Of a stretch of DNA of 64,000 nt, positions 33,744 through 43,699 are shown piece after piece. Both the position numbers and the translations under genes were made by a program. The stretch comes from an uncultured Acidobacteriota bacterium (GTDB lineage: Bacteria; Acidobacteriota; Thermoanaerobaculia; Multivoradales; UBA5704): the NCBI GenBank assembly GCA_963700145.1, contig OY969474.1, forward strand, positions 2,400,001 through 2,464,000, read 5' to 3'. The notes beneath the pieces are model-generated. The model did no database searches and had not been told where the DNA came from. It saw only the letters and a list, made by a program, of their open reading frames with translations. Each line of letters opens with the position of its first letter. Positions within the stretch are counted from its first letter, which is position 1.

Positions 33744-35105
33744 TCACCGTACCAGGGGCGCCAGCGCCATCGCGGCGAGCGCCCCGATCAGGGTGTTGAG
33801 GAAGTTGACCGCCTCGTTGTCGAGCCAGCCGCGCTTCTCGATCGTCGCGCCGACGACGCTCTCCAACGTCGAGCCCAGGAAGGCGGCGAGGACCACCGGC
33901 AGCACGCCGGCCCACGGGTAGAGCCCCACCGCCGCCCCGAGCGCCGCGACGACGAGCGACGCGGCGACGCCGGCGAGCGTGCCTTCGAGCGACACCGCCC
34001 CCTGCGTGCCGCGCGGCACCGGACGGAGGGTGGTGATCAGGAAGGTGCGGCGGCCGAGGAGCTGGCCGATCTCGGAGGAGGCGGTGTCGGCGGCGGCGGT
34101 GGCGAAGGCGCCGGCGAAGGCGAGGGCGAAGAGCGCCGGGTGCGGCGTCACCGCGGCGAAGAGGGCGCACGCCGCCGCGACGCCGCTGTTGGCCAAAGCG
34201 TGGCGCGCGCCGCGCCGCCCCCCCGCCTCCTGCGCCAGCTTCGCCGCCGCCTTCTTGCGGTAGCCGAGCTTGGTGGCGGCGCTGCCGAGGACGAAGAAGG
34301 CGACGAGGAGGAGGAACCCGCGCCAGTCGAGGAAGGCCCAGATCGCCGTCCCCAGGATCCAGCCGGCGACGACCCCCGAGACGTTCACCGTGCGCGCCGC
34401 GTAGGCGGCGGCGGCGAGGGCGGCGTTGACCGCGGCGCCGATCAGCAAACGCGCGCCGATACCGCTCGCCAGCCACCGCTCCCATCCCCCTTGCGTCAGC
34501 AGCAGACCGAAGAGGAAGAGCCCGGTCAGGAGCGGCACGCCCAGGTTGTCGTCCAGCCCCTGCGGCAGCGACTCCAGCCAGGCGGCGAAGAGCGCTGCCG
34601 TCGCCGCCACCGCCACCGCGAAGGGCCACTCGTAGCGGCCGGGCGCCGTCCAGAAGAGCAGCCCCGCCGCCGCCACCGTGCCGAAGAGGACGTACGCCGC
34701 GCTCCCGGCCCAGCTCTTCCGCGGGTTCCAGGGCAGCTTCCGCCGGCCGAGCGTCATGCCGACGACCGAGGCCATGCCATCGCCGAAGGCGAGGATCCCC
34801 CAGCACGCCGCCGCCACCTCCAGCCGCCGCCAGAAGAGCAGCACGAGGAGGAGCACGGCGAGCGGGTAGAGGACGATGCCGGCCGAGCCGCCGGCCGCGA
34901 GCTCGGCGTCGCGCCAGAGGCGCCGGCCGCCGACCCGCGGCAGCAGGTAGAGGTTCATCAAGAGGGCCGAGCCCGCCAGCACCGCCGACCAGAACGGCCC
35001 GAGCGGCCGCAGGGCGAGGGCGAAGAGCCCGGTCCCCATGTGGACGGTCTTGCGCAGCAGCTCGCGGCGCAGGAGCGCCGAGCCGGGGGCGGGCGCCGGC
35101 GTCAC
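33744..35105 (-). CDS. fusion of phytol/dolichol-kinase-like (CTP_transf_1) domain and DUF92 domain
   Basis: N-half ELLRKTVH, LAFGDGMAS.VG, KSWAGS, LDDNL.VP; C-half RGARHALAN, AAADTASSEIG, GAVSLEGT, DNEAVNF.NT; GTGA coupling. Confidence 0.85.
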   Translation of the reverse strand: MTPAPAPGSALLRRELLRKTVHMGTGLFALALRPLGPFWSAVLAGSALLMNLYLLPRVGGRRLWRDAELAAGGSAGIVLYPLAVLLLVLLFWRRLEVAAACWGILAFGDGMASVVGMTLGRRKLPWNPRKSWAGSAAYVLFGTVAAAGLLFWTAPGRYEWPFAVAVAATAALFAAWLESLPQGLDDNLGVPLLTGLFLFGLLLTQGGWERWLASGIGARLLIGAAVNAALAAAAYAARTVNVSGVVAGWILGTAIWAFLDWRGFLLLVAFFVLGSAATKLGYRKKAAAKLAQEAGGRRGARHALANSGVAAACALFAAVTPHPALFALAFAGAFATAAADTASSEIGQLLGRRTFLITTLRPVPRGTQGAVSLEGTLAGVAASLVVAALGAAVGLYPWAGVLPVVLAAFLGSTLESVVGATIEKRGWLDNEAVNFLNTLIGALAAMALAPLVR

Positions 35106-36106
35106 CGCTTCCACTGCCCGGTCTCCTCGAGCCAGCGGAAGGTGGCGGCGAGCCCCTCGTCGAGACCGCGGGCGCGCCAGCCGAGGTCGGCCGCGGCGCG
35201 CGCCGAGTCGTAGGCCCAGTCGTGGCGGTAGACCTCGACCAGGTCGGGGGTGAGCTTCGGCGTGCCGCCCGTCAGCCGCGCCCATCCCTTCTGCGCCGCG
35301 CCCAGCGCCTTCGCCAGCCCGTCCGGCATGCGGCGGCGCGGCACCGGCACGCCGGAGAGCCGCTCGACCGCGCCGTAGAACTCACCGAGCGTCACGTTCG
35401 GCCCGCCGAGGACGTAGCGGCTGCCGGGCGCCGCCCGCTCCAGGACCGCCGCCACGCCGCGCGCCACGTCCTCGACGTAGGCGTAGCTCCAGCGCCGCTC
35501 GGCCGACCCGACGAGCGCCGGCAGGCGCTTGTGGAGGAGGTCGAGCAGGTGGCGCACCACGATGTTGCCCTCGGTCATCTCGCCGGGGCCGTAGATCACG
35601 CCCGGGTAGACGACCGCGACCGGCGCCCCCTCGGCGATGGCGCGGCGGGCCAATCGGTCGGCCAGGGTCTTGGTCTCCTCGTAGGGGTTGATCCAGGGGC
35701 GGTCGGCGGCGGTGTCGGCCGCCTCGTCGAGGACGCCGCCCGGCGCCCGCTCGGAGGGGCCGAGGGCGATGAAGCTCGAGACGTAGACGACCTTCCCGAC
35801 GCCCGCCGCCCGCGCCGCCGCCAGCACGTTCTCGAGCCCGCCGACGTTGACGCGCTCGAACTCGGCGCGCGGCGCCAGGATCTTGACCAGCGCCGCGGCG
35901 TGGACGACGGCCTCGCACCCCGCGGCCGCCCGCGCCAGGCTGTCGCGGTCGGTGACGTCGCCGGCGGCGAGCTCGACGCCTCCGGGGAAGGGCGCGCGGG
36001 CCCCGGCGCGTGGCCGCACCAGCAGCCGCAGGGCGTGGCGCGGCGCCAGCTCCTCGACCAGGCGGCGGCCGAGGAACCCGGTGCCGCCGGTGACGAGGAC
36101 CCTCAC
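35102..36106 (-). CDS. extended SDR / NAD-dependent epimerase-dehydratase (HpnA/farnesol-dehydrogenase-like)
   Basis: VLVTGGTGFLG, VHAAALVK, YVSSFIALG, YEETK, VYPGVIYGPG. Confidence 0.85.
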   Translation of the reverse strand: MRVLVTGGTGFLGRRLVEELAPRHALRLLVRPRAGARAPFPGGVELAAGDVTDRDSLARAAAGCEAVVHAAALVKILAPRAEFERVNVGGLENVLAAARAAGVGKVVYVSSFIALGPSERAPGGVLDEAADTAADRPWINPYEETKTLADRLARRAIAEGAPVAVVYPGVIYGPGEMTEGNIVVRHLLDLLHKRLPALVGSAERRWSYAYVEDVARGVAAVLERAAPGSRYVLGGPNVTLGEFYGAVERLSGVPVPRRRMPDGLAKALGAAQKGWARLTGGTPKLTPDLVEVYRHDWAYDSARAAADLGWRARGLDEGLAATFRWLEETGQWKR

Positions 36107-36124
36107 GCCGCGGCCGCGCTCCGG

Positions 36125-37399
36125 CTACCGCGTGACGCGCACCTGCAGGTTGGAGAACTTCCAGCCGACCGGCGGGAAGTAGGCGCCGTCGGCCACACCG
36201 GCGAGCCCGAAGTTGAGCTTCACCGGATTGCCGTTGCGCTCGGCGAGGTCGAGGTTGAAGGCGGCGCTGGTGACGTCGGCGATCACCGCGTCGTTGCGGG
36301 AGACCACCATGCGCAGCGTCGCGGTCTGGGTGTCGTAGACGATCTTGACGTGGTGGACCGCTCCCTCCTGCCAGCCGGTGCCGAACTTGATCGCCGGCTC
36401 GACGACCGCGCTCCCCTGGTCGACCAGGGTGCGCGAGCGCATGCCGCGCACGAAGCTGCCGAAGTAGAGGGTCTTGTTGAAGCGCTGGCCGCCGGTGTGG
36501 AACATGCCGACGAGGCCGGTGAAGTGGGTGGTGAACTTGCTGATCCGCACGTCGAAGTCGATGGTGGCGGCGCGGTAGGCGCGGTCCGGCACCAGCGGCA
36601 GGGTGAAGGTCATCTGCGAGTTGGCCGGGGTCGGCGCGAAGAACTGCTTCGGCCGGTCGATCGAGACGGTCTCCACCACCGGCTGCGGCGGCGCGTCGAG
36701 CGGGTAGAGCAGGCGGAAGGCGCGGGCGTTGTCGCCGACGAAAGTGCCGTAGGCGTAGAACGGCTGGTTGCACGAGACCTCGGCGCGCAGCCCGCCGGCG
36801 GCGGGGAGCGAGAGCAGCCTTGCGAACGGATCGTCCATCACCCGGTGCGAGAGCGGCAGCACCTTCACCTTGTCCACCGGGCCGAGCGGCGAGCCCTTGG
36901 GGCGGAGGAGCTTGACGTTGCAGGTGGCGTTGGCCTCGGCGAAGTTGAGGATCTCGAGGTTCGAGTGCCCGGCGGGATCGCGCGCCAGCCCCTGGATGTG
37001 GGCCGTCTCGCCGGCCTTGAACCAGTTGTCCTCGGCGAGCACCGGCAGCGCCCAGGTCATCGTGTCGTCCCCCTGCGGCAGGAAGAGGACGCCGGTGTTG
37101 ACCTGCATCCCTGCCCCCTGCACCTTGAGCATCCCGGCGCCGCGGATGAACCCGGAGACATCGAAGACGTTCGGCTTCTCGTCGTTGTCGACGTCGACGT
37201 CGAAGCCGGTGGCGCGGGAGCCGTCGATCCCGGTGTCGATGAAGATGGGGGCGAGGCGGCGGGGCCCGCCCCGGCTCACCTCCAGCTTCCACTCGGCGCG
37301 GCGCAGGCCGTCGAGGTCCGGGTTGGGGATGTAGTACGTGCCCGCGGCGGCGGGGAGCGCCAGGGCGGCCAGGGCGAGTGTGAGCGCGAGCTGCTTCAT
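36125..37399 (-). CDS. secreted hypothetical beta-rich protein
   Basis: AGGAG upstream, signal peptide MKQLALTLALAALALPAAA, 424 aa with GC3-biased codons; no family recognised. Confidence 0.75.
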   Translation of the reverse strand: MKQLALTLALAALALPAAAGTYYIPNPDLDGLRRAEWKLEVSRGGPRRLAPIFIDTGIDGSRATGFDVDVDNDEKPNVFDVSGFIRGAGMLKVQGAGMQVNTGVLFLPQGDDTMTWALPVLAEDNWFKAGETAHIQGLARDPAGHSNLEILNFAEANATCNVKLLRPKGSPLGPVDKVKVLPLSHRVMDDPFARLLSLPAAGGLRAEVSCNQPFYAYGTFVGDNARAFRLLYPLDAPPQPVVETVSIDRPKQFFAPTPANSQMTFTLPLVPDRAYRAATIDFDVRISKFTTHFTGLVGMFHTGGQRFNKTLYFGSFVRGMRSRTLVDQGSAVVEPAIKFGTGWQEGAVHHVKIVYDTQTATLRMVVSRNDAVIADVTSAAFNLDLAERNGNPVKLNFGLAGVADGAYFPPVGWKFSNLQVRVTR

Positions 37400-37467
37400 G
37401 ACGGCTGCCTTCTCCTACGAAATGGCGTCGGGGACGCGAGGAAGTCGGGGGATTGTACCAGAGCCGC

Positions 37468-38367
37468 TCAGCCGCGGGCCTGGACCGCGGCCCAGAGGTC
37501 GGCGAGGGCGTCGTCGAGGGTGCGCTGCGGCGCCCAGCCGAGGGCGCGCAGGCGGGAGGCGTCGCCACGGAGGAGGGGCAGGTCGACGGGGCGGACGCGG
37601 GCGGGGTCCTCCTCGACGCGGGCCTCCACGCCGGCGACAGCCAGCAGGCGCGCGAGCGCTTCGGCGATCGAGGGAGCGCAGCCCGAGGCCACGTTGTAGA
37701 CCCCGCCCGGCTCCCCGCGCTCTACGAGCAGGGCCAGCGCCTCGGCGCCGTCGGCGACGTGGACGAAGTCGCGCCGGGGCGTCAGGTTCCCCACCCGCAG
37801 CACCGGCTCCTGCTCGCCGCGAGCGATGGCGCGGAGCTGGGTGGCGAAGGCGGGCAGGGCGAAGCTCGGCGCCTGCCCGGGCCCGACGAGGTTGAAGCAG
37901 CGGGCGACCACCGCGCCGGCTGCCAGGGCGAGCCGCTCGGCCGCCACCTTGGTCAGAGCGTAGGGGGTGAGCGGATCGGGCGGCCGCTCCTCCCCGATCG
38001 GCTGCTCCGCCTCGGGCACCGCGCCGTAGACCTCGGCGCTCGAGGCCACGACCGTCCGGCGGCCGGCGGCGGCCTCCAGCAGGTTGGCGGTGCCGCCGAC
38101 GTTGATCTCGACGTACTGCGGCATGCGGTGCCAGGAGTCCCCGACGTGGGAAAGGCCGGCCAGGTGGACGACGACCTCGGGGTCGGCCTGCCGCACCACC
38201 TCGCCGAGCCGCGGCAGATCGCGCAGGTCGGCCTCGTAGCACTCGACCCCTGGCAGGTCCGGCCGGCCGTCCACCCAGGTGCCGGCGACCTCGTGGCCGC
38301 GGGCGGCGAGGGCACGGGCGAGGACCGGCCCGAGGAAGCCGCCGACGCCGGTGACCAGGACGCGCAA
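37468..38367 (-). CDS. GDP-sugar reductase/dehydratase (Rmd/Gmd-like SDR)
   Basis: VLVTGVGGFLG, HLAGLSHVGDSW, SSAEVYG, PYALTK, GNL..RRDF. Confidence 0.85.
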   Translation of the reverse strand: MRVLVTGVGGFLGPVLARALAARGHEVAGTWVDGRPDLPGVECYEADLRDLPRLGEVVRQADPEVVVHLAGLSHVGDSWHRMPQYVEINVGGTANLLEAAAGRRTVVASSAEVYGAVPEAEQPIGEERPPDPLTPYALTKVAAERLALAAGAVVARCFNLVGPGQAPSFALPAFATQLRAIARGEQEPVLRVGNLTPRRDFVHVADGAEALALLVERGEPGGVYNVASGCAPSIAEALARLLAVAGVEARVEEDPARVRPVDLPLLRGDASRLRALGWAPQRTLDDALADLWAAVQARG

Positions 38368-38382
38368 GCGCTTCGCGGTCCG

Positions 38383-39378
38383 CTAGACGGCTGCCACTTC
38401 GGCGGGGCGGCGGCGGCGCGCCAGGGTCTCGCGCCAGTAGTCGAGGAGGTCGGCGACCGTCTGCTCGAAGGGGATGCGCGGCTCCCAGCCGGTGTCGGCG
38501 CGGAACTTCGAGCTGTCGCCGATCAGGATCTCGACGTCGGAGGGGCGGAGGCGCTCGGGGTCGACCTCGACGTCCACCTTCACCTTCGCCAGGCCGACGA
38601 TCATCTGCAGCAGCTCGCGGATCGAGATGCCGCGGCCGCTGGCGATGTTGTAGACCTCCCCCGGCCGGCCGCGCTCGACCGCCAGCCAGTAGGCCCGCAC
38701 CATGTCGCGCACGTCGGTGAAGTCGCGGACGGCGTCGAGGTTGCCGACCCGGATCACCGGCCCCTGCATGCCGTGCTCGATGGCCGCTACCTGGCGGCAG
38801 AAGTTGGAGGTGACGAAGGGGTGGCCGCGCCGCGGCCCGGTGTGGTTGAAGCCGCGGGTGCGGATGACCTTCAGGCCGTAGCTCTGGAAGTACTGGTAGC
38901 CGAGGAGGTCCTGCGCCACCTTGGAGACGGCGTAGGGCGACAGCGGCCGCAGCGGGTTGTCCTCGGTGATCGGCACCTCGTGCGGGAGCACCAGGCCGTA
39001 CTGCTCGGAGGAGCAGGCGATCTGCACCACCGGGTCGAGGCGCAGGGCGCGGATCGCCTCGAAGAGGTTGACCTGGCCCTGGACGTTGGTGGTGAGGGTC
39101 TCGTTGGGGGCCGTCCAGCTCGACGGCACGAAGCTCTGCGCCGCCAGGTGAAAGATCGCATCGGGACGCGAGCGCTCCAGCGCCTGTTGGATCGAGCTGT
39201 AGTCGCGCAGGTCGGCCTCGAGGAGCTGCACGGCGCCGCCGTCGATGTGGTCGAGGTTCTCCATGCGGCTGCGCCAGCGGTGGGTGCCGAAGACCTCCAC
39301 CTCGGGGTGCTCCTGGAGAAGGAACTCCGCCAGGTGGGAGCCCGCGAAGCCGGTGATGCCGGTGATCAGGACGCGCAT
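38383..39378 (-). CDS. GDP-mannose 4,6-dehydratase-like SDR
   Basis: LITGITGFAGSHLAE, HLAAQSFV, SSEQYG, SPYAVSK, FNHTGPRR, GNLDAVRDF, RLRPSDV. Confidence 0.88.
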   Translation of the reverse strand: MRVLITGITGFAGSHLAEFLLQEHPEVEVFGTHRWRSRMENLDHIDGGAVQLLEADLRDYSSIQQALERSRPDAIFHLAAQSFVPSSWTAPNETLTTNVQGQVNLFEAIRALRLDPVVQIACSSEQYGLVLPHEVPITEDNPLRPLSPYAVSKVAQDLLGYQYFQSYGLKVIRTRGFNHTGPRRGHPFVTSNFCRQVAAIEHGMQGPVIRVGNLDAVRDFTDVRDMVRAYWLAVERGRPGEVYNIASGRGISIRELLQMIVGLAKVKVDVEVDPERLRPSDVEILIGDSSKFRADTGWEPRIPFEQTVADLLDYWRETLARRRRPAEVAAV

Positions 39379-39394
39379 ACGGAAGTCTCCTTCT

Positions 39395-40249
39395 TCATCC
39401 TCTGCCCCGCCGGAGGGCCGTCAGGTACTCCACCAGTCCCCACCCCCAGGGCTCGACCCGCCGGCGGAGCGCCCGCTCGCAGCGGCTGACGTCGAGCACC
39501 GAGTAGGCGGGGCGCGGCGCGGGGCGGGGGACCTGCGCGGTCGGGACCGGGACCACCTCGACGTCGCTGGCCCAGAGGCGGGCGATCTCGTCGGCGAAAG
39601 CGTACCAGGAGACCGGCTCCCGGTTGCGGTAGTGGACGACGCCGTCGAGCGCCAGGGGCGCCAGGTCGAGGACCGCCCGCGCCAGGAACGGCGTGTAGGT
39701 CGGGCAGCCGACCTGGTCGTCCACGACCTCCAGGCGCCGCGTGCCCTCCGTGATCTTGCGCACGATCGTCGCCGCGAAGTTGGGCCCGCCGGGGCCGAAG
39801 AGCCAGCTCGTGCGCACGACGAGCGCCCGCGGCGCCGCGAGCGCCGCCTCCTCCCCGGCGAGCTTGCTGCGGCCGTAGACCGAGAGCGGCGCGGTGGCCG
39901 CCTCCTCGGCGTAGGGCGCGGCGGCGCGCCCGTCGAAGACGTAGTCGGTCGAGAGCTGGATCAACCGCGCGCCGGCCTGCCGCGCGGCGTCGGCGACGTG
40001 CGCCACGGCGCGGCCGTTGACCTCGGCGGCGCGCTCGGGCTCGCTCTCGCAGGCGTCCACCTTGGTGAAGGCGGCGCAGTTGACGACCAGCTCGGGGCGG
40101 AAGGTCTCGGCCCAGTAGAGGAGGCGGTCGCGGTCGCGCACGTCGGCCTGCCCGCGCGGCAGGGCGAGGGCGGCGAAGTTGCGCGCCCGCGCCTCCGCGA
40201 CGAGCGCCCGGCCGAGCATGCCGGCGCCGCCGAAGATCAGCGTGCGCAT
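39395..40249 (-). CDS. rfbD: dTDP-4-dehydrorhamnose reductase
   Basis: GGAGMLG, NCAAFTKVDACE, STDYVFDG, YGRSKLAGE, VDDQVGCPT, APRPAYSVL. Confidence 0.93.
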   Translation of the reverse strand: MRTLIFGGAGMLGRALVAEARARNFAALALPRGQADVRDRDRLLYWAETFRPELVVNCAAFTKVDACESEPERAAEVNGRAVAHVADAARQAGARLIQLSTDYVFDGRAAAPYAEEAATAPLSVYGRSKLAGEEAALAAPRALVVRTSWLFGPGGPNFAATIVRKITEGTRRLEVVDDQVGCPTYTPFLARAVLDLAPLALDGVVHYRNREPVSWYAFADEIARLWASDVEVVPVPTAQVPRPAPRPAYSVLDVSRCERALRRRVEPWGWGLVEYLTALRRGRG

Positions 40250-40259
40250 GAGCTGGACT

Positions 40260-40364
40260 TGTCATCCCGAGCGTGAGCGAGGGATCTGGGGGCAGGGTGG
40301 CGCGACACCGCCACGCCCTCGCGCCGCCCCCCGCCCAGATCCCTCGCTATCGCTCGGGATGACA
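40260..40364. repeat. REP/REPIN-like inverted repeat pair
   Basis: tgtcatcccgagcgtgagcgagggatctggg ... cccagatccctcgctatcgctcgggatgaca. Confidence 0.9.
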
Positions 40365-40370
40365 TCGGCG

Positions 40371-41438
40371 TCAAGTGATCCCCACCTCGGAGTTGTCCCC
40401 CAGCATGAAGCGGTAGGCCTTGGGCTTGTAGTCGGTCTTGACGATGCGGACGTTGCGGCCGACGAGCGACCCGTCGATGCGCAGGGGGATGTCGCGGATC
40501 TCGCAGTCGGAGAGGACGATCGAGTTCTCGATCTCGCAGCGCACCAGGGTGCAGCGCTCGCCGATCGAGGTGTAGGGGCCGACGAAGGCGTGCTCGAGGC
40601 GGGTGCCGTCGCCGATCACCACCGGCCCGCGGATCAGCGAGTCCACGATCTCCACCCCCTCGCCGAGCTGCACCCGCCCTTCGATCTGGCTGCCCTTCCC
40701 CACCTCCCCGCCGCGCCGCACCTCCAGGGTCTCCAGCACGATGCGGTTGGCCTCCAGCATGTCCTCGAGCTTGCCGGTGTCCTTCCACCAGCCGCGCACG
40801 ACGTGCGGGTGGACGTCGAGGCCGCGCTCGATCAGGTCCTGGATGGCGTCGGTGATCTCCAGCTCGCCGCGCGCCGAGGGCTTGATCCGGTTGACCGACT
40901 CGAAGATGTGCGGGTCGAACATGTAGACGCCGACCAGCGCCAGGTCGCTCTTGGGCTCCTTGGGCTTTTCGACCAGCCGCCGCACCTTCCCCTCGGGGGT
41001 CAGCTCGGCCACCCCGAACTGCTCCGGGTTGTTGACGTGGGCGAGCAGGATCTCGGCGTTGCAGCCGAGGGTGCGGAACTCCTCGACCAGGCCGGTGATG
41101 CCGCCGGCGATCAGGTTGTCGCCGAGGTACATGACGAAGGGGTCGTCGCCCAGGAACGGCTCGGCGATCTTGACCGCGTGGGCGAGGCCGCGCGGCGCGT
41201 CCTGCTCGATGTAGCGGACGCGGGCGCCGAAGCGCCCGCCGTCGCCGACCGCGGCGCGGATCTCCTCCTTGGTCTCCCCCACCACGATGCCGATCTCCTC
41301 GATCCCCGCCGCCACGATCGACTCGATGGCGTAGAAAAGGACCGGCTTGTTGGCGACCGGCACGAGCTGCTTGGCCGAGGTGTAGGTGAGCGGCCGCAGC
41401 CGCGTCCCCTTGCCGCCGGAGAGGATGAGCCCCTTCAT
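40371..41438 (-). CDS. rfbA: glucose-1-phosphate thymidylyltransferase (long form)
   Basis: MKGLILSGGKGTRLRPLTYTSAKQLVPVANKP, YLGDN, EKP, PSARGELEITD. Confidence 0.93.
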   Translation of the reverse strand: MKGLILSGGKGTRLRPLTYTSAKQLVPVANKPVLFYAIESIVAAGIEEIGIVVGETKEEIRAAVGDGGRFGARVRYIEQDAPRGLAHAVKIAEPFLGDDPFVMYLGDNLIAGGITGLVEEFRTLGCNAEILLAHVNNPEQFGVAELTPEGKVRRLVEKPKEPKSDLALVGVYMFDPHIFESVNRIKPSARGELEITDAIQDLIERGLDVHPHVVRGWWKDTGKLEDMLEANRIVLETLEVRRGGEVGKGSQIEGRVQLGEGVEIVDSLIRGPVVIGDGTRLEHAFVGPYTSIGERCTLVRCEIENSIVLSDCEIRDIPLRIDGSLVGRNVRIVKTDYKPKAYRFMLGDNSEVGIT

Positions 41439-41440
41439 CG

Positions 41441-43699
41441 CTACTGCTCCGAGGGGACGGAGCTGCGCCCGGTGAGGTCCAGGAAGGTGCCGACGTTCTT
41501 GAGCGTCACCGAGAAGCGGTACTCGCGGTTGCGCAGCGCCTGGGCCTGGAAGCTCAGCAGCTCGAGGCGGAAGCCGTAGCACTGCGACATCCAGTTGACG
41601 ACGTAGCGCTGCTGCTGGATCTTGGCCTCGTCGAGGTCGTAGGAGAGGCGGCCCTCGACGCGCAGCCGGTTGGGGCGCAGGCCGAGGGCGCCGAAGAGCT
41701 GCACCTGGGTGCCCAGCTCGCCCGGCTCCCCGGCCTGCGGCCGGCGGTAGAGGGTGAGCCCGAGGTTGTTGGCCACTCCCCAGCCGTAGCCGCCGGAGAG
41801 CGAGCTCGAGGCCAGGCGCGCGTCGAGGGTGTTGTAGGTGACGCGCGACTCGAAGCTCGTCTTGTCGCTGGGGTTGATGCGGACCAGGGCCTCCAGCGGC
41901 CCGGCGGTGTCGTTCTCGAGGCCGTCGATCGAGGTCTGGAGCGGCTGCTGGTCGTCGAACGAGAGGTCGCGCGCCACCTCGAAGAGGAAGACCTCGCGCG
42001 CCGCTCCCTTGCTGTCCTCGGGCTTGGCCAGGATGCGGTTGACCAGGGCGACGCGGGCGCGGTTGGTCGAGAAGGCCGTGTCCACCTCGTCGAAGCGCGG
42101 CACCAGCGCCTGGTCCTCGACCTCGCCGCTGTAGACGTAGCCGATGCGCGGCGCCACGACGTGCTTGAAGCGGGCGAAGGCGCCGAGCTTGCGCTCGTAG
42201 ATGCGCGACAGCGACGGCCCCACCAGCTCGGCGCGGCCGAAAGGGAAGCTGCGGGTGAAGGTCTCGCCGGTGAAGGTGCCGTCGACCGGCGACAGGCTGT
42301 CGCCGTACCAGGTGTAGCGGCCGCCGCCGGTGAGGTTGAGCGACAGCCACGGCAGGGTCGAGACCGGCAGCGACAGCTCCGGCCCGACGTCGACGCGGCC
42401 GTAGGTCGCGTCGAGGGTGCGCTGGTTGTCGAGGTCGAGGTAGTCGGCCGACCCGCGGAAGCCGACGTAGAAGGGCGTCTTCCACAGCCGCGTCGAGCGC
42501 AGCCGGTACTCCACCTCCGGGAGCTTCCGCTGCACCACCGTCACCCCCGGCACGTCGAGGGTCTGGATCTCGTTGAGCAGGACGTTGAGCAGGTGGGCGC
42601 CGCGGTTCCGGCTGACGAAGGCGCGGCTGGCGACGCGGCGGGTGGTGTTGCGGTCGATGTCGCGCTCGAAGTCGCGGAAGAACTCGAAGTCGGAGAAGTC
42701 CTCGTAGGCGATGACGCCGCGCATCCCCCACGGCAGGTCGTTGGTGACGTGGTCGAGGTTGACCTTCCAGCGCCACTCGTCGCGGTCGGGGTCCTGGACG
42801 GCGTAGCCGACGAAGCTGCCGCGCGTCCCCTCGCTCGGCTGGTAGCGCAGCTCGTTGCCGAGGCCGAAGTAGCCGCGGCTGTAGCTGTCGATGTGGAAGG
42901 TCGTGTCGTAGCTCCGCCCCAGGGTCTGGAAGTAGGCCAGCGAGAGCGAAGCGCCGCGGCGCTCGGAGTAGCCGATGTTGGGGATCAGCAAACCCGAGCT
43001 GCGCTCGCTCTTGGCCGGCCAGAGGAGGTAGGGGGTGTAGAACACCGGCACCTTCTTGACCCGCATCGCCGCGCTGCGCACCCGCGCGTAGCCCTCCATC
43101 TCGACCGTCGCCTGGCCGAGCCGGAAGCTCCAGTCCGGGTTTTCGCCGCTGCAGGAGGTGAAGATGCCGTCGGTGACGGTGTAGACGTCCTCGGCGACCT
43201 TCGCCACCTCGGCGCCGCTGAAGTAGTACTCGGAGGCGACGTGGGCGGTGGCCTCGGTGAGCTTGCCGGTCTTGGTGTCGAGGTCGAAGGTGGCGGTCTC
43301 GCCGGTCAGCCGCCGCGGCCCCTGGTCGACGATGACGTTGCCGGTGGCGGTCACGACCTTGGTCTCGAGATCGAGCTCGGCGCGGTCGGCCGAGAGCTCC
43401 ATGTCCTGGTACTTGATCTTCACCGCCCCGGAGAGGACGGCGTAGTCCTTGGTCTTGTATTCGAGGTCCGCGGCGCTGCCGGAGGCGCTGCCGCCGCCCT
43501 GGTCCTCCGGGAACTTCAGGTCGAACTCGATGCGGTCGGCGGCCGCGGCGGGGACCGCGGGCTGGGCGGGCTGGGTCGAGGCCGGCGGCACGGCCGGCTC
43601 GCCGGTCGTCTCCGGCTCCCCGCTGAGCTCCGGCTTCTGCGGGTCCTGGGCGGCGAGGGGAGAGGCGAGGAACAGTCCCAGCAGCAACAGCCTTGTCAT
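41441..43699 (-). CDS. lptD: LPS-assembly protein LptD
   Basis: signal peptide, OstA-like beta-jellyroll N-domain, FTSC...PDW, R.SGLLIP, beta-barrel, terminal F.VTLKNVG; alternative GTG start at 43756. Confidence 0.85.
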   Translation of the reverse strand: MTRLLLLGLFLASPLAAQDPQKPELSGEPETTGEPAVPPASTQPAQPAVPAAAADRIEFDLKFPEDQGGGSASGSAADLEYKTKDYAVLSGAVKIKYQDMELSADRAELDLETKVVTATGNVIVDQGPRRLTGETATFDLDTKTGKLTEATAHVASEYYFSGAEVAKVAEDVYTVTDGIFTSCSGENPDWSFRLGQATVEMEGYARVRSAAMRVKKVPVFYTPYLLWPAKSERSSGLLIPNIGYSERRGASLSLAYFQTLGRSYDTTFHIDSYSRGYFGLGNELRYQPSEGTRGSFVGYAVQDPDRDEWRWKVNLDHVTNDLPWGMRGVIAYEDFSDFEFFRDFERDIDRNTTRRVASRAFVSRNRGAHLLNVLLNEIQTLDVPGVTVVQRKLPEVEYRLRSTRLWKTPFYVGFRGSADYLDLDNQRTLDATYGRVDVGPELSLPVSTLPWLSLNLTGGGRYTWYGDSLSPVDGTFTGETFTRSFPFGRAELVGPSLSRIYERKLGAFARFKHVVAPRIGYVYSGEVEDQALVPRFDEVDTAFSTNRARVALVNRILAKPEDSKGAAREVFLFEVARDLSFDDQQPLQTSIDGLENDTAGPLEALVRINPSDKTSFESRVTYNTLDARLASSSLSGGYGWGVANNLGLTLYRRPQAGEPGELGTQVQLFGALGLRPNRLRVEGRLSYDLDEAKIQQQRYVVNWMSQCYGFRLELLSFQAQALRNREYRFSVTLKNVGTFLDLTGRSSVPSEQ

